Numbered from the stretch's first letter, positions 12,316 to 23,533 are shown. The stretch is 64,000 nt of DNA from an uncultured Nitrososphaeraceae archaeon (GCA_963825865.1 CAWGVG010000003.1:96001-160000); one strand, 5' to 3'. Numbers and translations are program-made. The notes: generated by a model from the letters alone, not told the origin.

Positions 12316-13295
12316 ATGGTATATAGCCAATATAAAAGTATGAATAAGAGAATGATAGAAAGCAATATATGTAATAGTTAGAACTATAGGTAAGTGATAT
12401 TGTTAGAATAATTAGATAAGAAGATTAATGATATGATTGATAGAAGTAGATGTTAATTGTAGAGAATAGTAAAAAGATTAAGAGAAGAAGGTATAAAAAG
12501 TATAAGAATTGAATGTAAAAAGATATATAATATTTTAAAAAAAACAAGTATAGAGATAGAGAAAAAGGATAATGAAAGTAAGAAAAGTTAAGGGTTTTGG
12601 TTATGAATAGTTAGTAAATATAGTTAATGAGAGTTTGAATGTAGAATATAAATATAATAGGTATATTAGTAAGAAAATAGTTTAGAATATTATAGTTAGA
12701 TAAGAATTGGTTGATGTAGAGAAAAAGATGGTAAAAGAATAAGAATTATTTGAGAGAGATAAGAATGATGAATTAATATAGGTTGATATTATAAGATTTA
12801 ATGGATTAATAATATTAACAATGGAAGAAGAATATTATAGAAAGTTATGGGCTAAAAGACAGGATAATGAAAGAGATGATAAAGTGATAGAGACTATGAA
12901 GAAAATATATGGATAGAAATAAGATTATTTTTTGATTGATAATGGTAGTTAATTCAGTAGAAGAAATTATGTTATGAAAAGATATTGTAAATAGTATATG
13001 AGTGAGAAATATATCTGGATATAGGTATATCACAATTAAATAATGGGTAAACTATTAAAAGCTTAGAAAGGATAGAAAAGATTAATTATCGAAAGAACTA
13101 GGATGGAGTAAAGATTAAAAGTAGGTAGATGAAAGTATATCAATATATATTGAATAAGTTTAAAAATGGTAAGAAAATATTAAATAATGGTTAATATAAA
13201 GAAGAAAGATAATAAGAAAAGGAGATAATGAATGTTATAAAAGAATAGTAAAAGTAATTAAGATTGATAAAATAAGAAAAATAAAAGTGAAGTAG
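12316..13295 (+). mobile_element. IS481-family (rve/DDE) transposase relic with near-total loss of + strand cytosines
   Basis: Manual translation gives RSRC*L*RIVKRLREEGI (HTH), ISKKIV*NIIVR, FERDKNDELI*VDI (12749-12790), LIDNGS*F (12932-12955) and YHN*IMGK (13028-13051). These match FER.xPxELxQxD, TDNGSQF and HPQTxGK once Cs are restored. Confidence 0.8.
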
Positions 13296-13449
13296 TGGGA
13301 TAAAAAGTGTAAAGGTAAAAGGGGAGAGGGAGAGCAGGGAGAAATGAAAAAATACAGGAAGACAGTCTCGAGGTAGGATAGAGTATATCCTGTTCTATAA
13401 TAAGAGATAAGGCAGAGGTCTTAAATTATATTTAACAATATTTAGCACG

Positions 13450-14347
13450 TCAAAATTTAACTATATTACGGTACATTTGATATCTTTCCTGAACATCTTC
13501 GTTATTAATCGCAAGCAATTTTCTTACTCCGAAATCTTCTACAGCAAATGCACCCATAACATTCCCATAAATCATTGCCTCTTTCATCCTATTGGCATTT
13601 GTGCCATTTTGCTTAGCGATATATCCTATGAACCCTCCAGCAAAAGAATCTCCTGCACCCGTAGGATCCATAATTTCTTCCAAAGGGTACGCTGGAGCTG
13701 GAAAAATCGTATCACTAGTGAGGAGCAGACGCACCATGCTCGCCTTTCTTGATTATTGCAAACTGTGGTCCCCAAGACATTATCATTTTTGCACATTTGA
13801 TTAAGTTGTTAGTCTTGCATAAAAGCCGAGCCTCTTCATCATTAATCACCACTCCATTAACCTTGCTCATCATTTTTATAATATCCTCGCGTTTGTTCAA
13901 GATCCAATATTCTATAGTATCACATACTATGAGTTTTGGATTTGAAAAGTATTCGAGTATCTTCAGGTTTTGGATTGGGTCATTGTTTGCAAGGTACACA
14001 TATTCAGAATTGACATATTCGTCAGGGATGATAGGTTCGAAATTTGCTATTACATTTAACTCAGTTTTATTGGAAATTCTATGGGAAAGGTCATATTCAA
14101 ACGAAGAATCATAATGGAATGTTTTATCCCCTTGTTTGGTAATAATGCCTCTGGTATCAAGTCGGTTGTCAAGGATCTTTCGATATTCAGATGGAAAATC
14201 TGAACCTACAACCCCGACTATAGAAGTATCTGTAAATAGGCTAGAGGAAAGTGAAGCATACGTGGCTGCCCCTCCCATAATCTTTGTTTCGGTCTTAAAA
14301 GGAGTTCGAGTTGTATCTAGTGCAATAGTTCCAAAGACTGTTAACAT
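13450..14347 (-). CDS. PfkB-family carbohydrate/nucleoside kinase, one frameshift
   Basis: GGAATYAS, INDEEA, KKGEHGA, DPTGAGDSFAGG. Confidence 0.9.
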
Positions 14348-14443
14348 AGTTGAATTAATTTTCTCTATGAATAATAAATGCTTGCCAAACCTATTTTATC
14401 AGCATGATTAAATAACTACTAAGAGAAGACTGCTATTGAATTA

Positions 14444-15007
14444 ATGCAATTAATAGTGGCAATAACTGGAGGTTCAGGTGTCGTATATGGGATTAAAACA
14501 CTTGAGATCCTTAGGGATCTAAAAATGGAAACCCACCTCATTATCAGTGAATGGGGCGAGAAGAACATTAAGATTGAAACTGACAAGTCCATTGATTATG
14601 TCAAATCCCTTGCCACAAAATTCTACGACAAGGATAACATGGCTGCTGCAATTTCAAGTGGTTCTTTTAAGACAGACGGTATGATAGTCGTTCCATGTAG
14701 CATGAAAACATTATCAAGTATTGCAAATGGCTATGATGAGAATCTAATTTCAAGGGCAGCAGGAGTATGCATTAAAGAATCTCGAAAAATAGTTATTGTT
14801 CCAAGAGAAACTCCTCTTTCAAAGATTCATCTTCAAAATATGATAAAGCTGGTTGAAATAGGGGTTATTGTATTGCCAGCGATGCCTGGTTTTTATCACA
14901 AACCAAAAACTATAGATGATTTAATAATTCATATTGTAGGAAAGATTTTGGATCAATTTGGGATTGAACACCATACTTTCAAAAGATGGGGAGGAGGAAA
15001 TTATTGA
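14444..15007 (+). CDS. ubiX: flavin prenyltransferase
   Basis: ITGGSG, ISSGS, PCSMKTL, PRETPL, PAMPGFY. Confidence 0.95.
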   Translation: MQLIVAITGGSGVVYGIKTLEILRDLKMETHLIISEWGEKNIKIETDKSIDYVKSLATKFYDKDNMAAAISSGSFKTDGMIVVPCSMKTLSSIANGYDENLISRAAGVCIKESRKIVIVPRETPLSKIHLQNMIKLVEIGVIVLPAMPGFYHKPKTIDDLIIHIVGKILDQFGIEHHTFKRWGGGNY

Positions 15008-15049
15008 TTATACCGAGTATTAGTGCTATTTTTGAAGCAAGTCATTTGG

Positions 15050-15216
15050 AACATCGACTATTATACAAATGGGGTTTCAGTCCTAAAGTAAAGAATGAGA
15101 TTTGTTAATGCTACATCAAAGGAAGAAAAAGGCAAATTTAGAAAAAAGCTAAAAGGATAATCTCGCATATACCTAAAGGATTCACTGTCGCTGTTGCTGC
15201 TGATTAATCCATCTTT
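15050..15216 (+). mobile_element. IS630-family transposase fragment
   Basis: RLLYKWGFSPKV..RMRFVNATSKEEKGKFRKK, then an A6G slip site, then AKRIISHIPKGFTVAVAAD*SIF (remnant of the DES motif). Confidence 0.65.
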
Positions 15217-15712
15217 ACAATACTCATTGAGAAGCCCCCATTGCAAGTTAACCATATGTGAACAAGATATAATCAACCGAATGAGATGGTAACGTATAAT
15301 ATTTTGCAATCTCGAAACAAAAGAATTATGTCATTTGAGTGAAAATATTGTAATGCAAACCTGACGTAGCATCTTTAGCCAAAATAATTCTAAAGTCTCT
15401 TTCGCTTGCCTCATATATGGTTGTTCTCGGGCAGTTAGGAAAGTTACAACCGTATACTACGACCGTCTAACATTCAGCTCATGTAAATGCTTTTCCAATA
15501 ACGTATTGTAAAATGCTCCCCACCTGGACTTGTACATTATCCATTCCATATGACCGATCTGTTGAAGGTGACCAGAAAGGAGCAGGTCTGAATCCAATCT
15601 ATTGACAGAAGAGGGCTTGAGCTCTCGTGGATGGCCTAATGAGCTGGTGATTCTGTCATTTTTGCCAGTAACCCTGTTGAGGTTGGGTCTGCATTTGCTC
15701 TGCAATTTGCTT

Positions 15713-15904
15713 TTACTGTTGCTCCAATTGTAGAAACTGGTTACACAGAACGTTAAGCGCTACCTTGGTTAAAGCTGCAGGCTTGGGCGATTTTATCTGG
15801 CCCTGGGCAAATAATTTTTTAGCGATATCCTCTATAACGGGGTAATCCTCATTCCTTACCCGCATAGATATGATGACTCCATGTAGTTGTTTTTCTTTAG
15901 ACAA
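15713..15904 (-). CDS. small putative DNA-binding protein (RHH-like start)
   Basis: VIISMRVRNEDYPVIEDIAKKL beta-strand/helix pattern; repeat cluster lies directly upstream. Confidence 0.4.
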   Translation of the reverse strand: MSKEKQLHGVIISMRVRNEDYPVIEDIAKKLFAQGQIKSPKPAALTKVALNVLCNQFLQLEQQ

Positions 15905-15954
15905 TATAATACTTATACAGATATTTTATATATAAAAATCTATCGAAAAATGTT

Positions 15955-16225
15955 TCTGGAAAAAACTGCAAAAGGCCTTGGAATGAAGTGCATTCCAATG
16001 GAAAAGCCCTTGGAAAACTTTTGTCTGGAAAAATTAATGACATTTACCTCATGTTACCTTGTCACTTATTCCAAAGCGTTTTACACGTCTTTTTCCACAC
16101 TTTTCCAATGGAAAAAATACTTTTCCACGAGTTTGTATTACAAATGTAAACAATTGTAAACAACGGGAGTAAATTGTAAACAATTGTATACAGCTGTAAA
16201 CAGAATCAGTCTACATGTTTACAAT
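15955..16225. repeat. cluster of TGGAA(AA)/(TT)TTCCA motifs followed by 10-bp-phased TGTAWACA repeats
   Basis: TGTAWACA at 16145, 16155, 16175, 16185 and 16195, inverted copy at 16216; about ten TGGAA/TTCCA copies in 15957-16128. Confidence 0.7.
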
Positions 16226-16936
16226 AGCAAAAGCAGAAAAAAAAGAAAGTGCTTTTGCCATTATTCTTTCAAGCAAATGCTATTGTAGATGGCATATTTG
16301 TTGTATGCTGTTCCTTTCCGCTCGACATCCTTCAAGCACCGCTCCCAATTTTTAAAACTCCATTTCTTTCGGCATTTTTTAGGGAATCACCTTAATCTTT
16401 TATTTTCTTGGAATTGTTTGAGCTGGAGATATTTATGATTCACAAGAATAAAAAATAATAATAAAATAAATAACAATCTACTATCTAGAGAATTTAATTT
16501 ATAGGAAATTCTAATCTACTAAAAAAGGAAAAGCGACGTCTTTAGGCTCGGCTATTATATAAGACATAATTTGGGTTTACCGCCTAGAATAGAGATTTAT
16601 TACAACAGTATCTAAACGTAGTTTATAAAGTAAAATTTTCATACCAAATATGAACTATCGATATCACATTCCAACCTAAGAAGATCGTTGATATCATAGT
16701 ATCATTCTCCTTCAGAAGATGCAGCATCCATAGTCTTTACGATTCCCTGAAGGTGTTTCTCCATCATCTTCCCCTTTTTTGTAGATACTGGCTAGAATAT
16801 ACTACTTCTTTGGAGGATTTATTTTTACAATATAATATACCAAAAAAAACCACTTAATTCTTTCTATCCTACAATAATACTTATTATCAAAACAACTTGC
16901 CAGTCCTTTTTTTGCACATAATGACGGTTATTTTAC

Positions 16937-18331
16937 TTATTGTTGCTCCTTCTTTTTAAAAGCTCTTTTCCTTTTAGCACTTGTTCCAGTTTCCCTTGTG
17001 TCAGCAGAAACAATTTCGATAAGTTTCGCTTTTCTATTTGAGTCTCGTTTGGGTCTTAGCAGCCTGCCAAGCCTTTGAATAAACTCCCTACTACTTCCGG
17101 TTCCACTTAGAATTATACCTAATTCCGCATCTGGAACGTCCACTCCCTCGTCTAAGACTTTAGAAGTAACTATTGCGGTATATCTTCCGTCTCTAAATCC
17201 CTGTAAAGTATCCTGTCTTTCTATCTTGCTTGATTTGTGAGTTATACAAGGGATTAGAAACCTGTCTGATATCTCATATACCAATTTGTTATGTTGGGTA
17301 AATATTATTAATTTTATTCCTTTATTATCTGAAAGGATTTGCTTTAGCTCTTCTAATTTGGATTTGCTATTTAGCGCTATGTCCATGGCTTTGTTTCTTG
17401 CAAGTATAGCCTGTCTTGCAATAGGGCTTCTCCCGGACATCATTATTAATTTATGAAAGGCGATAGGTAGGTTCATTCTTAATCCTAACTTCAGCAAAGA
17501 AGTCTGGTAGATACCAAAGCTCCTTTTGTACTCTTCAAGTTCTTCTGGCCACATATTTACCTGTCTTCTTTCAATTTCATAAGAAGCAAGATGTTTTGCT
17601 TTGGCAAGATCACTACTCTGAGCTTCAAATACTACACCACCAACAAGCCTTGGAAATTCTTTATGCATGTTATCCTCTCTTTCGATTGTGGCTGTTAATC
17701 CTAGTCTGAATGGAGATGCTAACTGTTCTGCTATCGATCTATAGCCTGGTGCTCCTAAATGATGTACTTCGTCAAATATTATAAAAGCAAATTTGTTACC
17801 TATGTTTGCTGCTCGTATGTATGCGGAGTCATACGTAGATACAGTAATTGCTTGAATGTCATCTGTTCCTCCACCCAAATTTCCAATTTTTATATTTGTA
17901 AAATATTTTGATAGAACTGAATTCCATTGATCCATAAGATCAATAGTTGGTACTATGACTAGTGATGCAGAGTTTACTATTTCTATTGCCTTGACTCCTA
18001 TGACTGTCTTACCTGAACCTGTGGGTAATACTATACAGCCTTTCTTACCTGCTTTAACCCAGCTGTCAAGTGCTTTTTGTTGGTAATCTCTTAGAGAGAG
18101 ACTGCTATGGTTGTTATCTATTAAAATATTTGGACAAGGCACAAGATCTAAAACATGATTATCGTCATATTCTATTTCGCTCTGTTTTAAATACTCTATA
18201 ATATTTTGATAATACAATGCCTGTGCTCTTAGATGATTTGTCCTTGGATCAACTGTAGCAAAAGGTATGTGAGCAATACCGCCTGTTATTAGTATTGTAC
18301 CATTATCATACCTTAAAACTGCTTTGAGCAT
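16937..18331 (-). CDS. XPB/Rad25-like SF2 DNA helicase
   Basis: LRDYQ, LPTGSGKT, DEVHH, GLTAT, LDEGVDVP, QRLGRLLR. Confidence 0.9.
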   Translation of the reverse strand: MLKAVLRYDNGTILITGGIAHIPFATVDPRTNHLRAQALYYQNIIEYLKQSEIEYDDNHVLDLVPCPNILIDNNHSSLSLRDYQQKALDSWVKAGKKGCIVLPTGSGKTVIGVKAIEIVNSASLVIVPTIDLMDQWNSVLSKYFTNIKIGNLGGGTDDIQAITVSTYDSAYIRAANIGNKFAFIIFDEVHHLGAPGYRSIAEQLASPFRLGLTATIEREDNMHKEFPRLVGGVVFEAQSSDLAKAKHLASYEIERRQVNMWPEELEEYKRSFGIYQTSLLKLGLRMNLPIAFHKLIMMSGRSPIARQAILARNKAMDIALNSKSKLEELKQILSDNKGIKLIIFTQHNKLVYEISDRFLIPCITHKSSKIERQDTLQGFRDGRYTAIVTSKVLDEGVDVPDAELGIILSGTGSSREFIQRLGRLLRPKRDSNRKAKLIEIVSADTRETGTSAKRKRAFKKKEQQ

Positions 18332-18474
18332 TCTTTTCTTTACAATATTATATACAGAGAACAGATTAAAAGCCTTGAGCTTTGGTTGTTGCTCAAATAT
18401 TAATTAAATTAAATTTACAAATAGTGGGCATTACCCGGCCTTTTTGCTAATACATGTATGAATTACAATTGGTT

Positions 18475-19059
18475 TTAGATGTGTGAAATGTCTTCGTCTT
18501 CCCATAATCTCATCCTATCCAGTTTATCCTTCCTTCTGGCCTCTTCTAGCATCTTGTAAACATTTTTGTGCGACCTTCCTTTTGAAAGCATAGTTACTGC
18601 ATCTGTAGCAAGTTTAATTTCTTTGAATGTTCCTATTAGTCCAACAGTATGACCATATACTGAAATATAGGCACCAGTTAGGTCTTCAATGTTTTTCCTA
18701 GATTTACCTTCTTCTCCGATTATCCTTCCTTTAATTCTCTCCATTGAATTACGTGATTTTCCAGCATAGTCTCTTAAATCTATTAATTGAAAGGTCTCTT
18801 CTTCTTCCTCAAGTAGTCTATATGCGCGTCGGGGTGAAAATCCCTTTGAAATAGCAGAGATTATCTCTACTGCCTTGAACGGTTCAATTTTCGTGGATGG
18901 TTCCTGAGGTCCCGAGGAAATTATAGCATCACCAGTTTCACTATCTATTTCAACCATGACATTACATTTTTCTTGAATTTCTTCCTTTACTTTACCATTT
19001 TTGCCAATTATCACACCTATTCTATCCATAGGAATTCTTACTCCTTGTTGGAAACTCAT
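18475..19059 (-). CDS. KH-domain pre-rRNA processing protein (Dim2/Pno1)
   Basis: IGKNG and GRIIGEEG KH GxxG motifs; next to Rio1. Confidence 0.9.
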   Translation of the reverse strand: MSFQQGVRIPMDRIGVIIGKNGKVKEEIQEKCNVMVEIDSETGDAIISSGPQEPSTKIEPFKAVEIISAISKGFSPRRAYRLLEEEEETFQLIDLRDYAGKSRNSMERIKGRIIGEEGKSRKNIEDLTGAYISVYGHTVGLIGTFKEIKLATDAVTMLSKGRSHKNVYKMLEEARRKDKLDRMRLWEDEDISHI

Positions 19060-19060
19060 T

Positions 19061-19909
19061 TTATTTTCCTCCTATAATTTCCTGAATTGCTAAATCATTA
19101 TTCAAAACTTGAATACCTCGCTTTTCAAAAAATCCATTAATGTTAATTATGTCGCGGATCAAAAATTGTTTTGAATTGGGATGTCTGATGTTTACCGAAG
19201 ACCCAAAATCAAAGAACATAATTCGCCCGTCTCTACACTTGAATATATTGTATTCAGATAAATCGGCATGGACTAATTCTGCTTTTTGATATAGTTTTGA
19301 TGCCTGTAGAATGATTTCATCATAGTCTTTAGAGGTGACCGATTCCGAATATAGCAAATTGGAACAAGGGTTGCCTTCGTCATCACCTATAAAGTCCATT
19401 ACTAAAACATTTCGCCGGACCTCATATGGAGCAGGAACATTTACTCCATTATTATATGCAGTTTTCAAATTTTTGAATTCTTTCTTGGCCCAAGTCGCTA
19501 TTAAATTACGAGTGCCTTTCTTAATATGAGAAAATCGTGGATCGCCATCTATATATTGCATTCGTTTCTTAAATTCGGTGTTTGCCTGAAGGTATATTTT
19601 TACTGCTAGAAAATTGTGACTATCGTCTACCGCTAGATATACCTTAGACTCCTTGCCTGATGCAATAGAACTTTTGATAGTTTTTATTATCTTATCGTTA
19701 ATCAATTTGTTAATTACCATAAGAGTGGGCATATCAAATACATCGCCAACAACACTGTAATCTTCAGATCTCTTCCAAAGGAATCTGTTTTCACGCTCAT
19801 GTCGATATAACCTCCTGTCTACTTTATTGATTACTTTTTGCTTTTCTTCATCAAACTCATTTTCTCCTATTCCTTCTTTTTCTTGTATTTCTTCTATTTC
19901 CTCAAACAA
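19061..19909 (-). CDS. rio1: RIO1 serine/threonine kinase
   Basis: SGKESKVY, AVKIY, LVHADLSEYN, FDFG. Confidence 0.92.
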   Translation of the reverse strand: MFEEIEEIQEKEGIGENEFDEEKQKVINKVDRRLYRHERENRFLWKRSEDYSVVGDVFDMPTLMVINKLINDKIIKTIKSSIASGKESKVYLAVDDSHNFLAVKIYLQANTEFKKRMQYIDGDPRFSHIKKGTRNLIATWAKKEFKNLKTAYNNGVNVPAPYEVRRNVLVMDFIGDDEGNPCSNLLYSESVTSKDYDEIILQASKLYQKAELVHADLSEYNIFKCRDGRIMFFDFGSSVNIRHPNSKQFLIRDIININGFFEKRGIQVLNNDLAIQEIIGGK

Positions 19910-19958
19910 TATAATATATATTATTATGATGCAGTCTTTATTATTTAACTCTTGGTCA

Positions 19959-20291
19959 TCAATATTTATTATGAAATTTAAAAATCATCAGGAACGGTAC
20001 TCCTGAGATTCTCTTTATGGTCACTTCTTTTGCATATCGCAAATCCAAAGCCATTTTCACAATTCTTTCTCCAACTAAATTGGCAATAGAACAAGATCTC
20101 AATAGCCTTTCAGCCTGAGAATCTTCAATTATCTCTTGCTGAAAGTATTCTTTTGACAGATCGACTATCAGTTCTCCTTGCTCTAATTTTAACCCTATCA
20201 ACTCAATATCACATATATTAATCATGGTTGAACCTTGATATTTCATCGTTCTTAGCCCATATCTCTGGCTGCCTTTTTCTTTTTCATACAA
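19959..20291 (-). CDS. DUF424 family protein
   Basis: ICDIELIG, IANLVGERIV, ISGVPF. Confidence 0.85.
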   Translation of the reverse strand: MYEKEKGSQRYGLRTMKYQGSTMINICDIELIGLKLEQGELIVDLSKEYFQQEIIEDSQAERLLRSCSIANLVGERIVKMALDLRYAKEVTIKRISGVPFLMIFKFHNKY

Positions 20292-21369
20292 ACTATAGCA
20301 GTAGTTTTAATGATCGAAATATAATTAAATAAATATATTGGACGTGCATTAATTACTAAAAATACGATATAATTTGTTCTTGACGGTACTCCATAGTCTA
20401 AATTGTGGTTTATATAACGACAATAAATATACCTGTAGATAAGTCCTAATGTTGTACAATAAATGGATCGAACGTAGATATTCATTTCGAAGATTGATAG
20501 AGAAATGAAACTAAAAATAAAATAATAGAAAAATAAATAATGATAACTTCTTTTTATTGAACTCTAGAAAACTCTGCTCTATATGTATAAAGTATATACA
20601 ACATTTGGAATTGTCGCCATACTAGTTGCAGTATATGCAACTTCAAATGCAATCAAATGACATATAGCATTGGCTGTAACTGCTGAAGAAATACAACTAA
20701 AGAACCTTATTCAAGCTCATAAGGATATAAATAGTGAAGGTCCTCAAATGATGGTAGGACATTTCAGCAATGTACCATTTGCAGGAAAAGCACCGGAACA
20801 ACTGTTTATTGTTTTCACCATCTACTCATGTCAGATTCATGCTACCCCCTTTTATTCACATACTGTTAATTAGTCAAAATTGGGAAATCATCCAATGTTC
20901 TTCTTCCTGTGTGTTATTTGTGATATTTAATCAAAAGGGATAATCTCAAATAAGTAATTAATACCTCTATACTGTTGCCCAATAAACAGTGCTGTTAAAC
21001 CATTTCTTTTTCTCAAATAAATGAGGAGATAGAAACAATAAACCCTTGAGATTCCTATATAGAAAAATTCTTGTAGCGTATATTAGGAATAGGCCCTCAG
21101 ATCCAGGGAAGACTTTCTGTTTCCAAAGTTTTAGGAAAACATACAACAACAACGTACATTATATAACCAAAAGTAAGCAATCTACCCGCACAACCAAAAT
21201 ACTGTCTGGCTTAATACTAGAAAAATCGTAAACCCTGCTACAATCGCGCCTCGTACTATAGCAACACTTTTTGTCCAAATACTTTCTCCTACTGTTTCAT
21301 GCTCTCATTTGAATTTTAAAAGTTTGAAAAAGTTTAGCATTTGATTCATAAATTTCGTGTGTTTATTTA

Positions 21370-21573
21370 TTGTCTATTTATTTAGTAGCAGATTCTGTGC
21401 ATGAGTACGTCGCTCCTTTTACTCTAATCTACCATGAATGTATCGATTGTAAGAAGAGAACTCCTCACATTTGTATTACATGTAATTATTGTTATTCGTG
21501 CCATCCAAATATCGAAAGAATAGAAAAAGAACAAGAAAAAAGTGATAAACATGCTAATTTTCTAGATGTATAG
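21370..21573 (+). CDS. small Cys-rich zinc-binding protein
   Basis: CIDC..HICITC.YCYSCH. Confidence 0.6.
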   Translation: MSIYLVADSVHEYVAPFTLIYHECIDCKKRTPHICITCNYCYSCHPNIERIEKEQEKSDKHANFLDV

Positions 21574-21974
21574 ACTAGTCTATTTTTTGTAGTAAATCTT
21601 ACAAAAACTAACTAAATAATTCTGCTATCTACCTACTAATATTGGAAGGAGATTTATTTCTGATAAATTATTAGTAATATCGTTTCTGTGCTATTAAACA
21701 TAGAATAACAATTATACAATAATTGGAAAGGATTAATGTAAACAATCTGCAAGTTCATAGGAACATAGCGATATTATAGAAGTAGAAGTAAATAATTCAG
21801 ACTTACTATTAGAAGTGTTGGGTATGAGTTTTAGAATAATTTATTTTTATCTGGACAACCTTTCTAAATCCTCATATACATCTCCATGTTTTTGACCGGC
21901 CCCGCTCTCTCGTTTCTTCTTACCCACGTATTCCCTATTGCTATGGAAAATGACTAATTTACTGAGAAGCGTTC

Positions 21975-22420
21975 TACTGCGCTTGTGTTCCTGGTTTTGG
22001 ACCCTTAATAGCTTGATCTGATATCGGCAATTCAGGGCTATGGTGAGTTTTTGCTTGATCTTGTTGTAACGCCTGCCTCTTTTCAGGTGATAGCACAGGG
22101 GGCTTGGAATGTTCTGTAACGGTTATTTTCTCAGGTGGACCTACGTTCAAAGTGCCGCCATTATGGTTATTATTGTTATTATTGTATTATTTGTTGACTG
22201 CAATGAAGTAAAAGTCCCAGCTATCGCTTGTTGTATCTTCGGCACCATTTTCAAAGAAACCAGCAACTAGCAATGATGATACTACAACAATAGACAATAC
22301 AGAAGCTACTATTATCTTTGGCGTATATGTATCTAGTAATTGATCTGCATTTTAGTATTTGAAAATGATGCCTGTTTTTTATCGTCGTTTATTCATATTT
22401 GAAAATATAGAAGAATACTC
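21975..22420 (-). pseudogene. inverted paralogous copy of 6140-6530 (secreted protein fragment)
   Basis: Shares GTLNVG.P.K, KPPVLSPEK, QDQAKTHHSP.LP.SDQAI.GP and upstream DNA. Confidence 0.7.
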
Positions 22421-22749
22421 GACTACTTAGTAGAGAATATCAAAAACAATACGTCACAAAAGTCAAAAATCTAAATGAAACGTAACAATAACATCCAACA
22501 TTTTTCTTTTAGTTACTGGCTCATTTAGGCTCACATTTATTATTATTATTATTTATGCTTTGTTGCATGATTAATCATCTTGTAAGTGATACTTATTTGA
22601 CCACTCACCATTTAGCAATTATTTAGAGCAATTATTTACAAAGTTATTTTTTGCTATTTTAAACGTTTGTGGATCTCTCAATTCCGGGGTTTTTCAGACA
22701 GCAGTATAAACAAAAGAGGAATTAGGTGGCGGCATTGGGTGCTGGATCA

Positions 22750-22890
22750 TCAAGCTTCTATAGCAGAGATAAGTAGATCAGGTTTTCTAATCTGTCGACC
22801 ATCCTCCCAAACCATTTTTGTAGGACCAGTATACGGCTTTCCTATTAGTTCTTCGTAGATGGTAGAATTAGTAGTACTATTATTGTTCAT
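22750..22890 (-). CDS. 46-aa hypothetical protein, below the ORF track cutoff
   Basis: MNNNSTTNSTIYEELIGKPYTGPTKMVWEDGRQIRKPDLLISAIEA; clean ATG to TGA. Confidence 0.5.
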   Translation of the reverse strand: MNNNSTTNSTIYEELIGKPYTGPTKMVWEDGRQIRKPDLLISAIEA

Positions 22891-23009
22891 GATGTAGATA
22901 TCACTAACAATAAGGGGAATATTGTATTTAGCTTTTTTACTTATTTATTCATGGCAAATACATACCGTACACAATCTATTCTGGATCTTTCTTTCGATAG
23001 TAACTTACT

Positions 23010-23243
23010 TTAATATGATTTGCAAATGTTTACAGAAGATATTGGCATCCACTTTATTTTGTTATTGTAACATGAAGGACATTTGGAAATAGATACAATT
23101 CTACTATTATGACAAACATATGAAGCACACCAAAGGCACGAATCACAAAGCAGAAAATGTAGTTGTTTGAAAAAAACCTCTTTTTTGTTATTGTAAGAGA
23201 TATTATTATTTGTCCTAATTTCAATGGATTCTACAAGATTCAC
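23010..23243 (-). CDS. small zinc-ribbon protein
   Basis: FLLCDSCLWCAS...KCPSC. Confidence 0.6.
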   Translation of the reverse strand: MNLVESIEIRTNNNISYNNKKEVFFKQLHFLLCDSCLWCASYVCHNSRIVSISKCPSCYNNKIKWMPISSVNICKSY

Positions 23244-23533
23244 TCAACTACCTCCTGCGTGTTGCAAAAAGTACCAGTACTTTTCTCTAAAAACATCGAA
23301 TAGTAAATAATGCTATCGAATATATGAGTTGTCATACATTCTATGCCAAATGCCCATACTCGTTTAGTAGTAGCATTCTTGCACCTTTTAGTATTATCTT
23401 CTTCTTTGTACCATTATTTTGTACACGCGTGAAGCTTTTCTGTTCTCCAGACACGAAGTAAGTAGGTTAAATCTCGATACCAAAATGGTAAAAAGAGCTA
23501 TATATATAATAGCAGTCACTGTTTGAGTGAGAA

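Noticed and set aside
12845-13033. Hydrophobic minus-strand ORF, or a mitochondrial-like insert
   Set aside because: By-product of the G-free minus strand; the + strand carries recognisable transposase motifs
13477-14411. Antisense ORFs overlapping pfkB and other core genes
   Set aside because: Shadow frames of well-supported opposite-strand genes
16145-16225. CRISPR array
   Set aside because: 10-bp period, no spacers, no cas genes in the window
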